From assembly GCF_009914755.1 (NCBI RefSeq), contig NC_060928.1: a stretch of 64,000 nucleotides of DNA. One strand, 5' to 3'. The notes beneath the pieces were generated by a model that saw nothing but the letters and a program-made list of their open reading frames with translations, was not told the origin of the DNA and did not search any database. This document shows positions 30,098 to 44,269 of this stretch, piece after piece (position 1 is the first letter of the stretch; every line of letters starts with the position of its first letter). Source of the DNA: the human T2T-CHM13v2.0 reference genome, Homo sapiens. Position numbers and translations under genes: made by a program.

Positions 30098-30974
30098 CGG
30101 TTCAATAAGAGAATCCATTAACCCGTGCAACCACCAAAATGTATCAGAAGTAAAATAACGTGCTTTTCAGATATTATGAGAGATTGCTGAGGATTTAGAA
30201 AACACTTACACTTTTGATTTTGTAAACTAAGGCTTGTAAACCAAAGCGTCTGCCCAACTTTGGATTCTCTCAGCAGAGCATCAAAATACGATGAAAGAAC
30301 TGGAGTGAGTGAACTGTAGAAAAACTGACAGCATCCAGTTGAGGGCGAGACATCACCGCACGGGGAAGCCTGCTTGGTGTGTCAGGCGGAAGAGCACTGA
30401 GAGGCCACTGCAGCTGGGCGAGTTTTGATGAGTGTGCCCTGGGAGCAAGTCAGGTGGTGTTAGGGTTCTGATGAGGAGGTGGGCTGTGAGGCTGGCCTGT
30501 CTTGAGGCTAGGGAAGAATAAGGTAAAGGATGCTTTGATGTTTTTGTTTAAAGCTTTGGCTCGATAATTCAATAAGAAGATCCATTAACCCATGAAACTG
30601 TGAAAAGGTGTTTGGAGTAGAATAAAGTTGCACACTTTTTCACTATTTTGGGGGATTTAGAAAGGATTGATCCTTTTTGTTAATTGGCATTTTCTCGTAA
30701 TCAAAGAGGGATGGAAGCTCCCCCTCTAACTGGCAGAAGTGAAGGAGAAAGCAGGCACGTGAAACCCATGAAAAGAGGCGGGATTGTCTTCTCTACTAAA
30801 CTGTTGCTCACATGTCCTTAAAAAATTAGTGTCTCATGTACCCCATAAATATGTACACCTATTATGTACCCACAAAAGTTATAAATTAAAAAAATGGTAT
30901 TTCCTGGTGAATGTCTCTTAGAGAAAAAGAAAAGGCTATCTCTGACAAAGAAGTCTTCTACTTTAAAAGTTCTA

Positions 30975-31300
<326 letters not shown>

Positions 31301-32339
31301 TTAGCTTTTGAGAACTGAAATGTAAAATTGTCCAGGTAAATGGATTGGTCGAGTAGAAAGAAAACAAATCAGGCATCAGGAGCTCTCAATTCTATCTTCA
31401 GCTCCAAACAAGAAAGCTGTTCCGAGCTCCATCCAGCAAAGGTGAGAGGGAGCGAGGCAGGGAAGAGCTATTGGCTATCAATGTTTTCGGAGACTCTAAG
31501 AAGTGTGAGACATTTGAGCAGTGAACATTTCAGAAATAAGAGAGATGTGATAAAAGACCAGGTGGAGGAAAACCGATGGTGTTGAGGCCGCTGAAGAGAG
31601 GCAGCTAAAAATCCCATGGAGAAGAATCAGAAAGAAAAATATAGCCAGAGAAAATGAGGGAAAGGGTGGAGTGGGAATATGTAAGTTTTTAGCGGCTCTT
31701 CAGTTAGCAATGACTCCAATATGATGAGAAAAATGAAACAGAATCCATTCAAAAGAAAAATGAGCTCACAGACCCAAAAAGAGCAATGTTTTATAGCGCA
31801 TTGCAATTTTTTGTTCTAATTTTCTTTGTGATGGATATTTTCAGTACTAGGCTCAGAAAGATATCTTTATTAATACAATATTTCTGATGGTTTCCCTTCT
31901 GTCACTAATGATGAAAGGGAAGCCACCACCCATATCAGAAAGCACTTCGGGGGATTCTGAAAGTTATACGGCTGGGGGTAAGTGCTGGCTCTTCCGTGCT
32001 TGCAGGCGCTGGTCGTGCAGGTGTTTGGGATGGGGTGGAGTGTGGGTGTTGGTACTGTAGCCATATCCCTGGCCTCACTCTCCTCCCAGTACTGCAGGTG
32101 ACGTCCGGGAGGGGTGGGGCCCTCCTCCACAGCTACACTTCCCCACGCTGGGCATGCTCCACGGAAGGATGGGCGTTGATTGCCTCAGGTCTACAAGTAC
32201 AGAAGGGCTGACAAGGGGATCACAAAAAGAAAGAACCCGGGACCCATCTAGAAGCAAAATGAGCTCATAGAGAAAGGCAGAAATTAAGCAAATGTAAAGA
32301 TTTACAGGCTATATGGCCTGAGGGGAAAGAAGGCTTGAG

Positions 32340-32555
32340 CTCTGCTGGAAAATTTCCTCCTGCCAGGTGAGGTCAGCTTTTTGTTCTGTTCAGGTCTTCC
32401 ACTGGTACAGAGAAAAATATGCTTTATTCAAAATCCACTGATTTAAATGGAAATCTCATCCAAACATATCCTTACAGAAACATCTGCAATAATGTATGAC
32501 CAAACATTTGGACACTGTGGTCCAGGGAAGTTGATACATAAAAGTAATCATTGTA
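32340..32555 (-). mobile_element. MLT2-type LTR fragment
   Basis: acagaaacatctgcaataatgtatgaccaaacatttgg...gttgatacataaaagtaatcat resembles the antisense MLT2 5' end. Confidence 0.6.
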
Positions 32556-33035
32556 GGAACCAAGCTGAAATTATTTTTTTAGAAAACATAATATGTAAAA
32601 CAAAAGAAAATATATAATATATTAAACAGCAGAGAAGTGTAAGACTTGAAACCAAAGAAAAGAAAAGTGTAATATCTGAAACAAACAAAAAATCCATTGG
32701 ATGGGCTTAAAGCAGAATATAGATGACAAAGGAACAGGTCAGTGGTCAGCAGAAATAGATTAATAGAAATTAATTAATGTAAAGAAAAGGGAGAAAATGG
32801 ATTTAAAAGAGAGAGAGCCTCAGAAACATATGGGACTCTATCAAAAGGTCAAACATACATGTAGTTAAGATTCCAGAATGGGCCAAATACAATTTGAAGA
32901 AAGACGGCTGAAAATTGGTAAAAGTATGAACTTCCAGATTCGAGGAAATCCAAGAACCTCAACCACAATAAATATTTTCCATGCCAAGGAATCACATAAT
33001 CAAATGCTGAAAACCAGAGGTAAAGAGACCCTTGT

Positions 33036-33320
33036 TTGGGACGGTGGCTCACACCCATAATCCTAACACTTTGGGAGGCCAAGGTGGGGGAATTGCTTGA
33101 GGCCAGAAGTTCAAGACCAGCCTGGGCAACACAGCAAGACCCTGTCTCTACCAAAAATTTTTTTAAATTTGCTAAGCATGGTGGCACACACCAGCTGCTT
33201 GGGAAGCTGAGGTGGGAGGATCACTTGAGCCCAGGAGTTGGAGCCTGCAGGGAGCTATGATCCCACCACTGTGCTCCAGCCTGGGCAACAGAGCGAGACA
33301 CCTTATCTCTAAAAATAAGA
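33036..33320 (+). mobile_element. Alu (AluJ)
   Basis: Diverged dimer. Confidence 0.9.
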
Positions 33321-33339
33321 GAGAGAAAGAAATGCTTGT

Positions 33340-33757
33340 GTATTAGGCTGTTCTTGAATTGCTATGAAAAAACACCTGAGACTGGGTAATTTATTTTTTA
33401 AAAAAGAGGTTTAATTAGCCCTTGGGTCTGCAGGCTGTACAGGAAGCATGATTCTGGCATCTGCTTGGCCTCTGGGGAGGCCTCAAGAAACTTACAGTCA
33501 TGGCAGAAGGCGAAGGGGGAACTGGTGCTTCACATGGTCAGAGCAGGAGGGAGAGAGGGGAGAGCTGCCACACACTTGTAAACAACCAGATTTCATAAGA
33601 ACTCACTCATCATATAGTATGAAGAGAGGATGGTGCTAAACCATCCATGGAAACTACGCTCCCAAGATCCAGTCACCTCCCACCAGGCCCCATCTCCAAC
33701 ACTGGGGATTAAAATTGAACATGAGATTTGGGGAGGGACACGGATCCAAACCTTATT
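33340..33757 (-). mobile_element. MST (MSTA/B-like) MaLR LTR
   Basis: tgtattaggctgttctt...cctgagactgggtaattta...aacatgagatttgggg..gacac..atccaaacc. Confidence 0.88.
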
Positions 33758-35199
33758 ACCTTGAAAGAAGACAAAGTGACATCTGGGAAAATGATGATTC
33801 AAGTAATCACTGACTGCTCGTCAGAAACAATGGGAGGCCAGCAGTCAGCAGTACAGTCTTCAAAGTGCTGAACAAAAACCATTCAACCCAGAACTCTGTA
33901 TTAATTAAAAATATCACTCCAGAATGAAAGCAAAATAAATACATCTTCAAATCAAAGAAACCCAAGAGAAGTCACTGCCAGTAGACTTGTACTACAAGAA
34001 ACGCTGAAGTCAGTTCTTCAGGCAAAAAAGAAAATTACATCTCATGGAAACTCAGATTTCCAGGAAGGAATGAAAAACACTCAAAATGTGTGGCTACATA
34101 TAAAAGACAATTTCCCCTTTTAACTTCTTGCAAATGCATATGACTGTTTGAGGCAAAACTTACAACATTGTCTAGGCCTACGAAGCTGAAAGGCTAGAAT
34201 AACCGCCCGGAAGCTGATTTAGAGCCAGTGCTTCCACAGCACAGGGAGACCTGCATGGTGCCTGTCATGAGATTCTGTAGACCATGAAGGGGACAAACAC
34301 TGTGGATTCCATAAGTGCCCCAAACCTCAGCCCACATAAGTGCAGCACCTCTGTGATAGCAGGAACTCCATGCAGAGTGGTTTATGGAGCTTTCAAGTTC
34401 TGAGCTAGGCTCCAGTTCAGACACCCTCGGCAGAGGGTTCTCACAGGCTGACTTTGCATTCACACGGACTATCTTCAATTCCGCATCCCAAATAACAGCC
34501 ACAATTTACTTACATCTGCAAACAGAGGTTATCTTACTTTTTTGCTTTCTGCTCCTTATGCCTTTTTTTTCTTTTCTTGCCTTATTGCAAGTGCTAGACC
34601 TCAAGTAGAAATGGAGACATTGGGCATCCTCCTTTGTCCCTGATCTTAGGGAGAGGCATTCAGTATTTCACCATTAAATATGATGTTAGCTCTGGGTTTT
34701 TTGTAGATGCCCTTGATCAGAATGAGAGAGTTTCCTTTTCTCCTATCTGGCTGATAGTTTTTTGTTTGTTTGCATTTTCTAAAATCATAAATGAATATTG
34801 AATTTTTTCCAAATACTCTTTCTGCATCTATTGAAATAATCATGTGGTGTTTCTCTTTTATTCTGTGAATGTGATAAATTACACTGATTGTTGAACGTTA
34901 AATCCACTTTGCACTGCTGGGATAAAACCTACTTGGTCATGATATTTACCTTTTATATATATTGCTGGATTTGATTCACTAATATTCTGTTGAGGATTTT
35001 GTGTCTATATTCATGAGGGATATTGGCTTCTAATTTTTTTGCTTATGTTTTGTCTAATTTGGATATTAGGGCTATGCTGGCCTCATAAAACGAGTTGGAA
35101 GTGTTTCCTTCTCTATTTTTCAAAAAGAGGTTTTGGGGGTTTTTTTTCTTATGTATTTGATACAATTCACCGGTGAAAATAATATAAACCTGAAGTTGT

Positions 35200-35503
35200 C
35201 TTTTTTTTCTTTTCTTTTTTTTTTTTGAGACAGGGTCTCACGCTATCACCCAGACTGGAGCGCATGGTGCAATCAAGGCTTGCTGCAGCCTCAAGCTTCT
35301 GGGCTCAAGTGATTTTCCTGACTCAGCCTCCAAGTAGCTGAGACCACAGGCACACGCCACCACACCAGGCTAATTTTTTTATTTTTAGTAGAGATTAAGT
35401 CTTACTATATTGCCCAGGCTGGTCTCAAACTCCTGGGCTCAAGTAATCCTCTCGCCTGGCCTCCCAAAGTGCTGGGACTACACGTATGAGCCACCACAGC
35501 TGG
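35200..35503 (-). mobile_element. Alu (AluJ)
   Basis: Antisense Alu. Confidence 0.9.
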
Positions 35504-35621
35504 CGGGATCTGGAGTTTTCTTTGTGAAGTTTTTGATAAATTCAATTTCCTTAGTAGACATAAGGCTATTCTGATTATCTGTTTCATCCTGTGCCAGTTT
35601 TTATGTTATTCAAGGAGTTTA

Positions 35622-35961
<340 letters not shown>

Positions 35962-37499
35962 TTGTTACATTTGTTGGCATAAAGCTTTTCACAACATTCC
36001 CTTATTATTCTTTTAATGTAGGATCTGTAGCAACCATAACTCTGCTTTCATTCCTGATAGTGTTAATTTGTGTTCATTCATCTTGTAATACACATCAGCA
36101 CTTCATTTATTTTTGGTGCTGAATACTATTTCATCGTATGAATATACCACACCCGCTTTATCCATTCATCAACTGGTGGACATTTGAGTTATTAATACTT
36201 TTTGGCTTTTATGACTAACAATGCTCTAAACATTCACATACAAGTGCTTGTGTTGACTCCTCTAGCTAGTTTGATTTAAACTGGTTTGATCCCAACAGAC
36301 CTCCCCAGTTACACCCAGTCTCAGTTTCTCACTGCTGTGTAATTAAGAGATTCACTTGCTTCCTGTCCCTGAGAGTCAAGGGATCATGTAGCCTCAGCTG
36401 GATTAAGCCTGGGGCGAAAACTTGAGGGGCCCCAGACATCTGAAGGCTCAGGCAAGCTGGCCTGGGAGTCCCTGAGCTGTTGCAGGAGGTCCAGAAAAAG
36501 CCACAGCAGGTGCAGAGTTTTATTCCTTGGTTGGAAACCCTTGCTTAGGAATTCCTAGCGATATGCAATTTGTCAATTCATGTTAATGAATCACATACTG
36601 TTAACAGTATCATTTTTGCCCTTTAGACTGGTTTTGTTCATGTGCTCACTCTTTAATCCCTGGAAATCCTTCAGAATACCTTGTTACATTCTGGAAGATT
36701 TTACCCCTTGGAATCCAATTCCTCTTCTGCAATTTGCATATAACTCCAACAGACAAAATGCCAATAATGCTTCACATTAAATGAAAAATCGCCAAGTCCC
36801 TTGTTTTCTATTTTCCTCTTAAAGAAATTGTGGGTGAAGCTGTTGAAAGATCTTTATATCGGGTAACAGACCAGGTCTTGAATTTGCTTAATAAGGAAAG
36901 AAAGGAAGGAGGAGAAGAAGGTTAACTATGTGTGAATTTATAGATGTTTTGGTGTCTGGAGTCCACGTAAATAATATATTACCTCGCTGTAAAGATGAAC
37001 TCTGCTAGAGTCTAGGTCTTTAAACACAAATTAGCAGGAGCTCCAGGGAAGGAAGAGATGTTCTGCTCTTAATGATCTTTTTAACACTAGCTGCAGGTCC
37101 TGAGAACCCCGCAGGGAATTCCTGGAACGTGTAGTCCTTAGGATATTGGTATCCCGTATTGAATAGTCTGTAAGGTGGGGGTGGGGAGAAGAAATCCTCT
37201 CTATAAAATAAAAACTAAAACACTCAAGCAATTAATCCTTTAAGGACAATTACAATAATTGGTATTGGCCTGGAGACTCCAGGCTTTGAAACATTCAGCG
37301 GGTAATTTTCTTCAAAGGTAATAAAAGTGGAATATTTGACCACGTTTATTAGCAGGGACAAGGCTTGTCTGGGGACACACGATTCACACGTCCTTCCAAT
37401 GTGAATGAAACTCAGCCTTTTTGTTTTTGTTTTTGTGTTATTGCTGTTGCGCTATTCTGCCCTCCAAGTGGACCCTCTGGGGCCCACTTTTTCAGCTTC

Positions 37500-37970
37500 C
37501 ACAGAAGTGAGAGCACGCGGGGCCCGTCTTTCTGTGCCTGACTGACTCCACTTCACATAAAGGCCCCGCTCCCCCGACCCCGGCTCCCCGCCCCGCCCGG
37601 CTCACCCACGTTGCCGGGAATGATCCGTTTTCCTTCTTTTCCATCCACCTTGACTTTCTTATCTCTTATTCTGGCCTCTCTGCAAAGACCACAGCAGGAA
37701 CTCCTGCGCTCCCCACCTGGGTCCCTCCTCCTCGCCTCTGCTCCCCCGCTCCTCCCCCTCCCCACTGTCCACCTCTGCCCAGTGCCCAGGCTTCCCCCAC
37801 GCCCTCTTCCTTACCCGCCCCCAGCACAGTGGCTCTGTGGGGGTCCCCACGTGCCTGTCCCCCTTCCACCCCCACCCCGCCCGGCCCCTGCGGTGCTGCC
37901 CCATCCCCCACTCCCCACCTCTCTGCCACCCCCCTCTGCGATCTCATCTCCCGGGGTGTCCCTGCCCACT
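37500..37970. promoter_or_regulatory. GC-box/CpG cluster with C-rich (minus-strand G-run) tract
   Basis: CCCCGCCCCGCCC at about 37586-37598, CATAAA at 37556, many C runs. Confidence 0.45.
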
Positions 37971-38889
37971 GCCAGATGCCTCAGCTGCTCCTGCCCTTCC
38001 TCTTCCTCCAGGCTGGTGACCTCTGATACTACCTGTGTGACTTTTGCAACTTGCTTACCTTCTCTGAGCCTCTTCTCATTCTAGATGAGAATATTTGGAG
38101 GATCAAATGAGACCTACTAAAGATGCCCAATAGACCTTAGCTAGTTCGTACCTGCCTGACTGCTCCTTGTGCCCGTCATTTGGTGCTGGGACTCTTCACT
38201 CCACACCCCCTCCCTCCTCTCCCAGGCCGTAAAGGTGCATTTCAGGGACTGGGTAATGGGCACAGCCCTAAGTAAGCTCTGCATTCACCCCTCAGATTAG
38301 GGGGAACAGCTTGGCTGATTGGGTGAAGGCACTGCAGGCCAGTTATCTGGTTGCAAAATATATTTTATGGGTTTAGAAACAAAAAGAACTATTTGTGTAT
38401 AGTGTTTAACAAATATATAATTGATTATGGGAGAAAGCAGCCCTTCCTTCCTTCCTTCCTTCTTCTCTCCCTCCCTCCCTCCCTTCCTTCTTTCTTTTCT
38501 CATTTGGAAACCTAACCACTACTGATAACATTATTTCCAAGGCATAGATGATTGGCAGCAGGTGATGGAACCCGAGTTTTCCTAGGCCTCCCATGTCTGG
38601 AGGAGGTAATGTAAAGAATAATTACTTGGTATTCAAAGGCTCTTGCCTCTACCTGCTAACACAAGAGTGCACGCTTGTCAGCAGAGCTGCTAACTCTGCT
38701 AACACAGAGGAGTCCCCGCTATGCCCAGCCAGCTCTAGGACTTCCTGCTAGAGCTGCCACTGTGTTGCCAAGCACCATGCCTCATCTTGATGTCCCCAGG
38801 GCACAACTGTAGGGATGTCACTGATGCCCTGAGTTCTCATGGTTCCAAACCTGTGGAGCAGTGAACTCCACACTCCTCCAAGGGGAGTG

Positions 38890-39861
38890 TGCCAAGACCA
38901 GCTTGTAGCAGGACAAGCCGCAGACAAAACCCTCAGACACCAAGTTAAAGAAGGAAGGGCTTTATTCGGCCAGGAGCTTCGGCAAGACTCAAGTCTCCAA
39001 CAACCGAGCTCCCCAAGTGAGCAATTCCTGTCCCTTTTAAGGGCTCACAACTCTAATGAGGTCCGTGTGAGAGGGTCGTGATCGATTGAGCAAGCAGGGG
39101 GTACGTGACTGGGGGCTGCATGCACTGGTAATTAGAACAGAACAGGACAGGGATTTTCACAGTGCTTTTCTATACAATGTCTGTAATCTATAGATAACAT
39201 AACCGATTAGGTCAGGGCTCGATCTTTAACTACCAGGCCCAGGGTGTGGCGCGGGGCTGTCTGCTTGTGGATTTCACTTCTGCCTTTTAGTTTTTACTTC
39301 TTTTATCTTTGGAGGCAAAAATTGGGCATAAGACAATATGAGGGGTGGTCTCCTCCCTTAAGCTCAGTCGTGGAGACCCTAACCCAGTGGCGCTAGAGGA
39401 ATTAAAGACACACACACAGAAATATAGGGTGCGGGGTGGGAAATCAGGGATCTCGCAGCCTTGAGAGCTGAGAGCCTCGAGCAGAGATTTACCCACATAT
39501 TTATTGACAGCAAGTCAGTGATAAGCATTGTTTCTATAGATTATAGATTAGCTGAAAGTATTCCTTACGGGAAACAAAGGCATGGGCCAAAATAAAGGGA
39601 TGGGCTCTGGCTAGTTATCTGCAGCAGGAACATGTCCTTAAGGCACAGATCGCTGATGCTATTGTTTGTGGCTTAGGAACACCTTTAAGCCCATTTCTGC
39701 CCTGGGTGGGCCAGGTGTTCCTTGCCCTCATTCCAGTAAACCCACAATCTTCAGCGTGGGTGTCATGGCCATCACGAACATGCCACAGTGCTGCAGAGAT
39801 TTCGTTTATGGCCAGTTTTGGGGCCAGTTTATGGCCAGATTTGGGGGGCCTGTTCCCAACA
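38890..39861 (-). mobile_element. Solo LTR MER9 (HERV-K9/HML-3), interrupted by LTR2
   Basis: Antisense MER9 ends TGCCAAGACCAGCT...CCTGTTCCCAACA; 6-bp TSD GGAGTG/GGCGTG. Confidence 0.9.
38904..39360 (-). mobile_element. Solo LTR2 (HERV-E) nested in MER9
   Basis: TGTAGCAGGACAAGCCGCAGAC...GGTCTCCTCCCTTA; 4-bp TSD AGCT at 38900-38903 and 39361-39364. Confidence 0.9.
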
Positions 39862-40362
39862 GGCGTGGGTCCTAAGGTGCTATTGCCCAGCCCCAGTAGT
39901 TGATAGAGCGTATGGAGGCAGAGCTTTCTGGTTTTCACTCTGACCTTCTCTCTCTCTCTCTAGGCTCATGTGTGTGCAGTAGCCTGGGCCAGGAACTGGC
40001 TGGAGTAAGAGCTCCACCCTCCCCGGCATTCAGGGCCTCTTTGGGGCCAGTTTCTTGTTCTCTCCGGATGAGTGTCTCTGGGAAGCTCCCCAGCCTTTGC
40101 ACATGGAGCTCTCCAGCAGAAACCCAGGCTGAGCCCCTTTCTGGGAAGCTCCCCAGACCCTAGCAAATACATTTCTGTTGGGCCTGCCCTGCTTCTGCAC
40201 TGTGGACTGCAGAAGACCACAGTTCCAGTGAGGACTCCCCCACATGCTCTTACACATAGCTATTTTTTGTAAGCTATGTGTAAGCTTCTGTTTTTCAAAC
40301 ATTAACAACTGCCTATCCAATGGTTCCTTCAGGTATACATGCACTATCATAAAGAATTATTC

Positions 40363-40650
40363 AGGCGGTGGCTCATGCCTGTAATCCCAGCACTTTAGGA
40401 GGCTGAGGTGGGCGTATCATGAGGTCAGAAGATCGAGACCATCTTGGCTAACATGGTGAAATCCCATCTCTACTAAAAATACAAAAAATTAGCTGGGCAT
40501 GGTGGTGGGTGCCTTTAGTCCCAGCTACTCAGGAGGCCGGGGCAGGAGAATGGCATGAACCTGGGAGGTGGAGGTTGTAGTGAGCCAAGATCGTGCCACT
40601 GCACTCCAGCCTGGGTGACAGAGAGAGACTCCATCTCAAAAAAACAAAAA
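40363..40650 (+). mobile_element. Alu (AluY/Sc)
   Basis: Dimer, slightly 5'-truncated. Confidence 0.92.
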
Positions 40651-40669
40651 TATATTCAAAATAAGTTGG

Positions 40670-40790
40670 GAGAGCTTCCCATGTGGAGGTCCCTGGAGGG
40701 TGGCATGGAAGCTCTCCGCCCCTTCCCCCATACTCACCCCATGCATCTCTTCATCTGGATCCTTTGTAATATCCTTTATAATGAGCTGGT
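40670..40790 (+). mobile_element. MER21-like LTR fragment
   Basis: ggcatggaagctctccgccccttcccccatac...catctcttcatctg..tcctttgtaatatcctttataa. Confidence 0.65.
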
Positions 40791-40989
40791 GAGCATTACT
40801 CTTCTGCAGGTCAGAAATGTTCCCAGATGCTGCGGTCATTTCAGTTTGATTTCATTGGAGATACTCTGACTTGATGATGATATTAACATCACTGAATCCT
40901 TCAAGGAATTTGTTGAATTGCTCAAAAAGGTAGAGGAAGAGAAGATGACGATAGCACACATGCTAGTGATTTTCTCATCAGACCCCTGG

Positions 40990-41300
40990 GAAGCTTCCAG
41001 AAGGAGCAAATAGGCTTCACGGAGGCTGTGTGAGGATGTGGTGAGAAGATGGCCATCTGCAAACCAGGAGGATACTCTCACCAGACACCAGTCTGCTGGT
41101 GCCCAGCCTCCAAAACTGCGCAAAATAAATGTTTGTTGCTTACATCCTAAATAAATAAGTAAATAACAAAATAAGTTGGGCAATCATTTAAAAAAAAATA
41201 CCTGGCTATGGCTGGGTGCAGTGGCTCAGGCCTATAATCCTAGCACTTTGGAAGGCTAAAGGAGGAGGATTGCTTGAGGCCAGGAGTTCAAGACCAACTC
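40990..41300 (+). mobile_element. MaLR LTR fragment (about 40990-41160) plus Alu left-arm fragment (41209-41300)
   Basis: gagaagatggccatctgcaaacca...cagcctccaaaactg; Alu 5' arm. Confidence 0.65.
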
Positions 41301-41422
41301 AATATTTAAAAAACAAAAACGGAAAAAATTTGGGGCAATAGTCTTGTTTTCTAGTAGAGTCTTTTTGCAAATAATGCTGTGATGCTATCCATGTTCTTGA
41401 GTCTATGGGGAAAAAAAAAAAG

Positions 41423-43725
<2,303 letters not shown>

Positions 43726-44269
43726 GAAAGATTAAGATTCTTTGTAGGTGGAGAGGGAGCAACTGGACCCTGGTTATGAAGCCATGGCTCCAAACCACTT
43801 GGTACTTCCTCCAGCAGAATCAGAGGATGGAGGGCAAAGGAAAGGCTTGTGAGGACACACACTGGCCACGTATGTGTCAAATGCTGAGGACAGCAGGGAA
43901 GGTGGCTTTTTATTGGTGTTTTTTGAGATTCTGGGAGTTTATTGGTCACGTTTCATTCCTTAGGGAAACCATTCTGGAATTTCATCATGAAAGACAAACA
44001 GAAAGCCATTTGGTTGCTTCAGATCTCTTCCTTGGGTCCCCCACTCTTACTCTTGTCAAGTGCCATGTACATGATAAGCACTGGGGATTCAGCTGTGAGT
44101 ATGCACATCCCTACCTTTAACCCAGGGGATGGGGCACATGGGGAAAGGGAAAACCATCAGTTATAATATTGTGGTACACCATAGCACCTACGGTATTGAA
44201 GGTCATTTTCTCATACTTCCTTCATTTTCTCTTTGACATGGCTCCTGACCAGACTTACTGGGGTGCTGC

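Larger units (their letters stand above)
32600..34170 (+). mobile_element. Old L1 (L1M) ORF1 region interrupted by AluJ and MST
   Basis: A-rich L1 ORF1-like motifs (gagcctcagaaacatatgggac...; tcagaaacaatgggaggcca...caacccagaactctgta). Confidence 0.7.

Noticed and set aside
37611-38084. 157-aa proline-rich ORF
   Set aside because: Translation of a low-complexity C-rich tract
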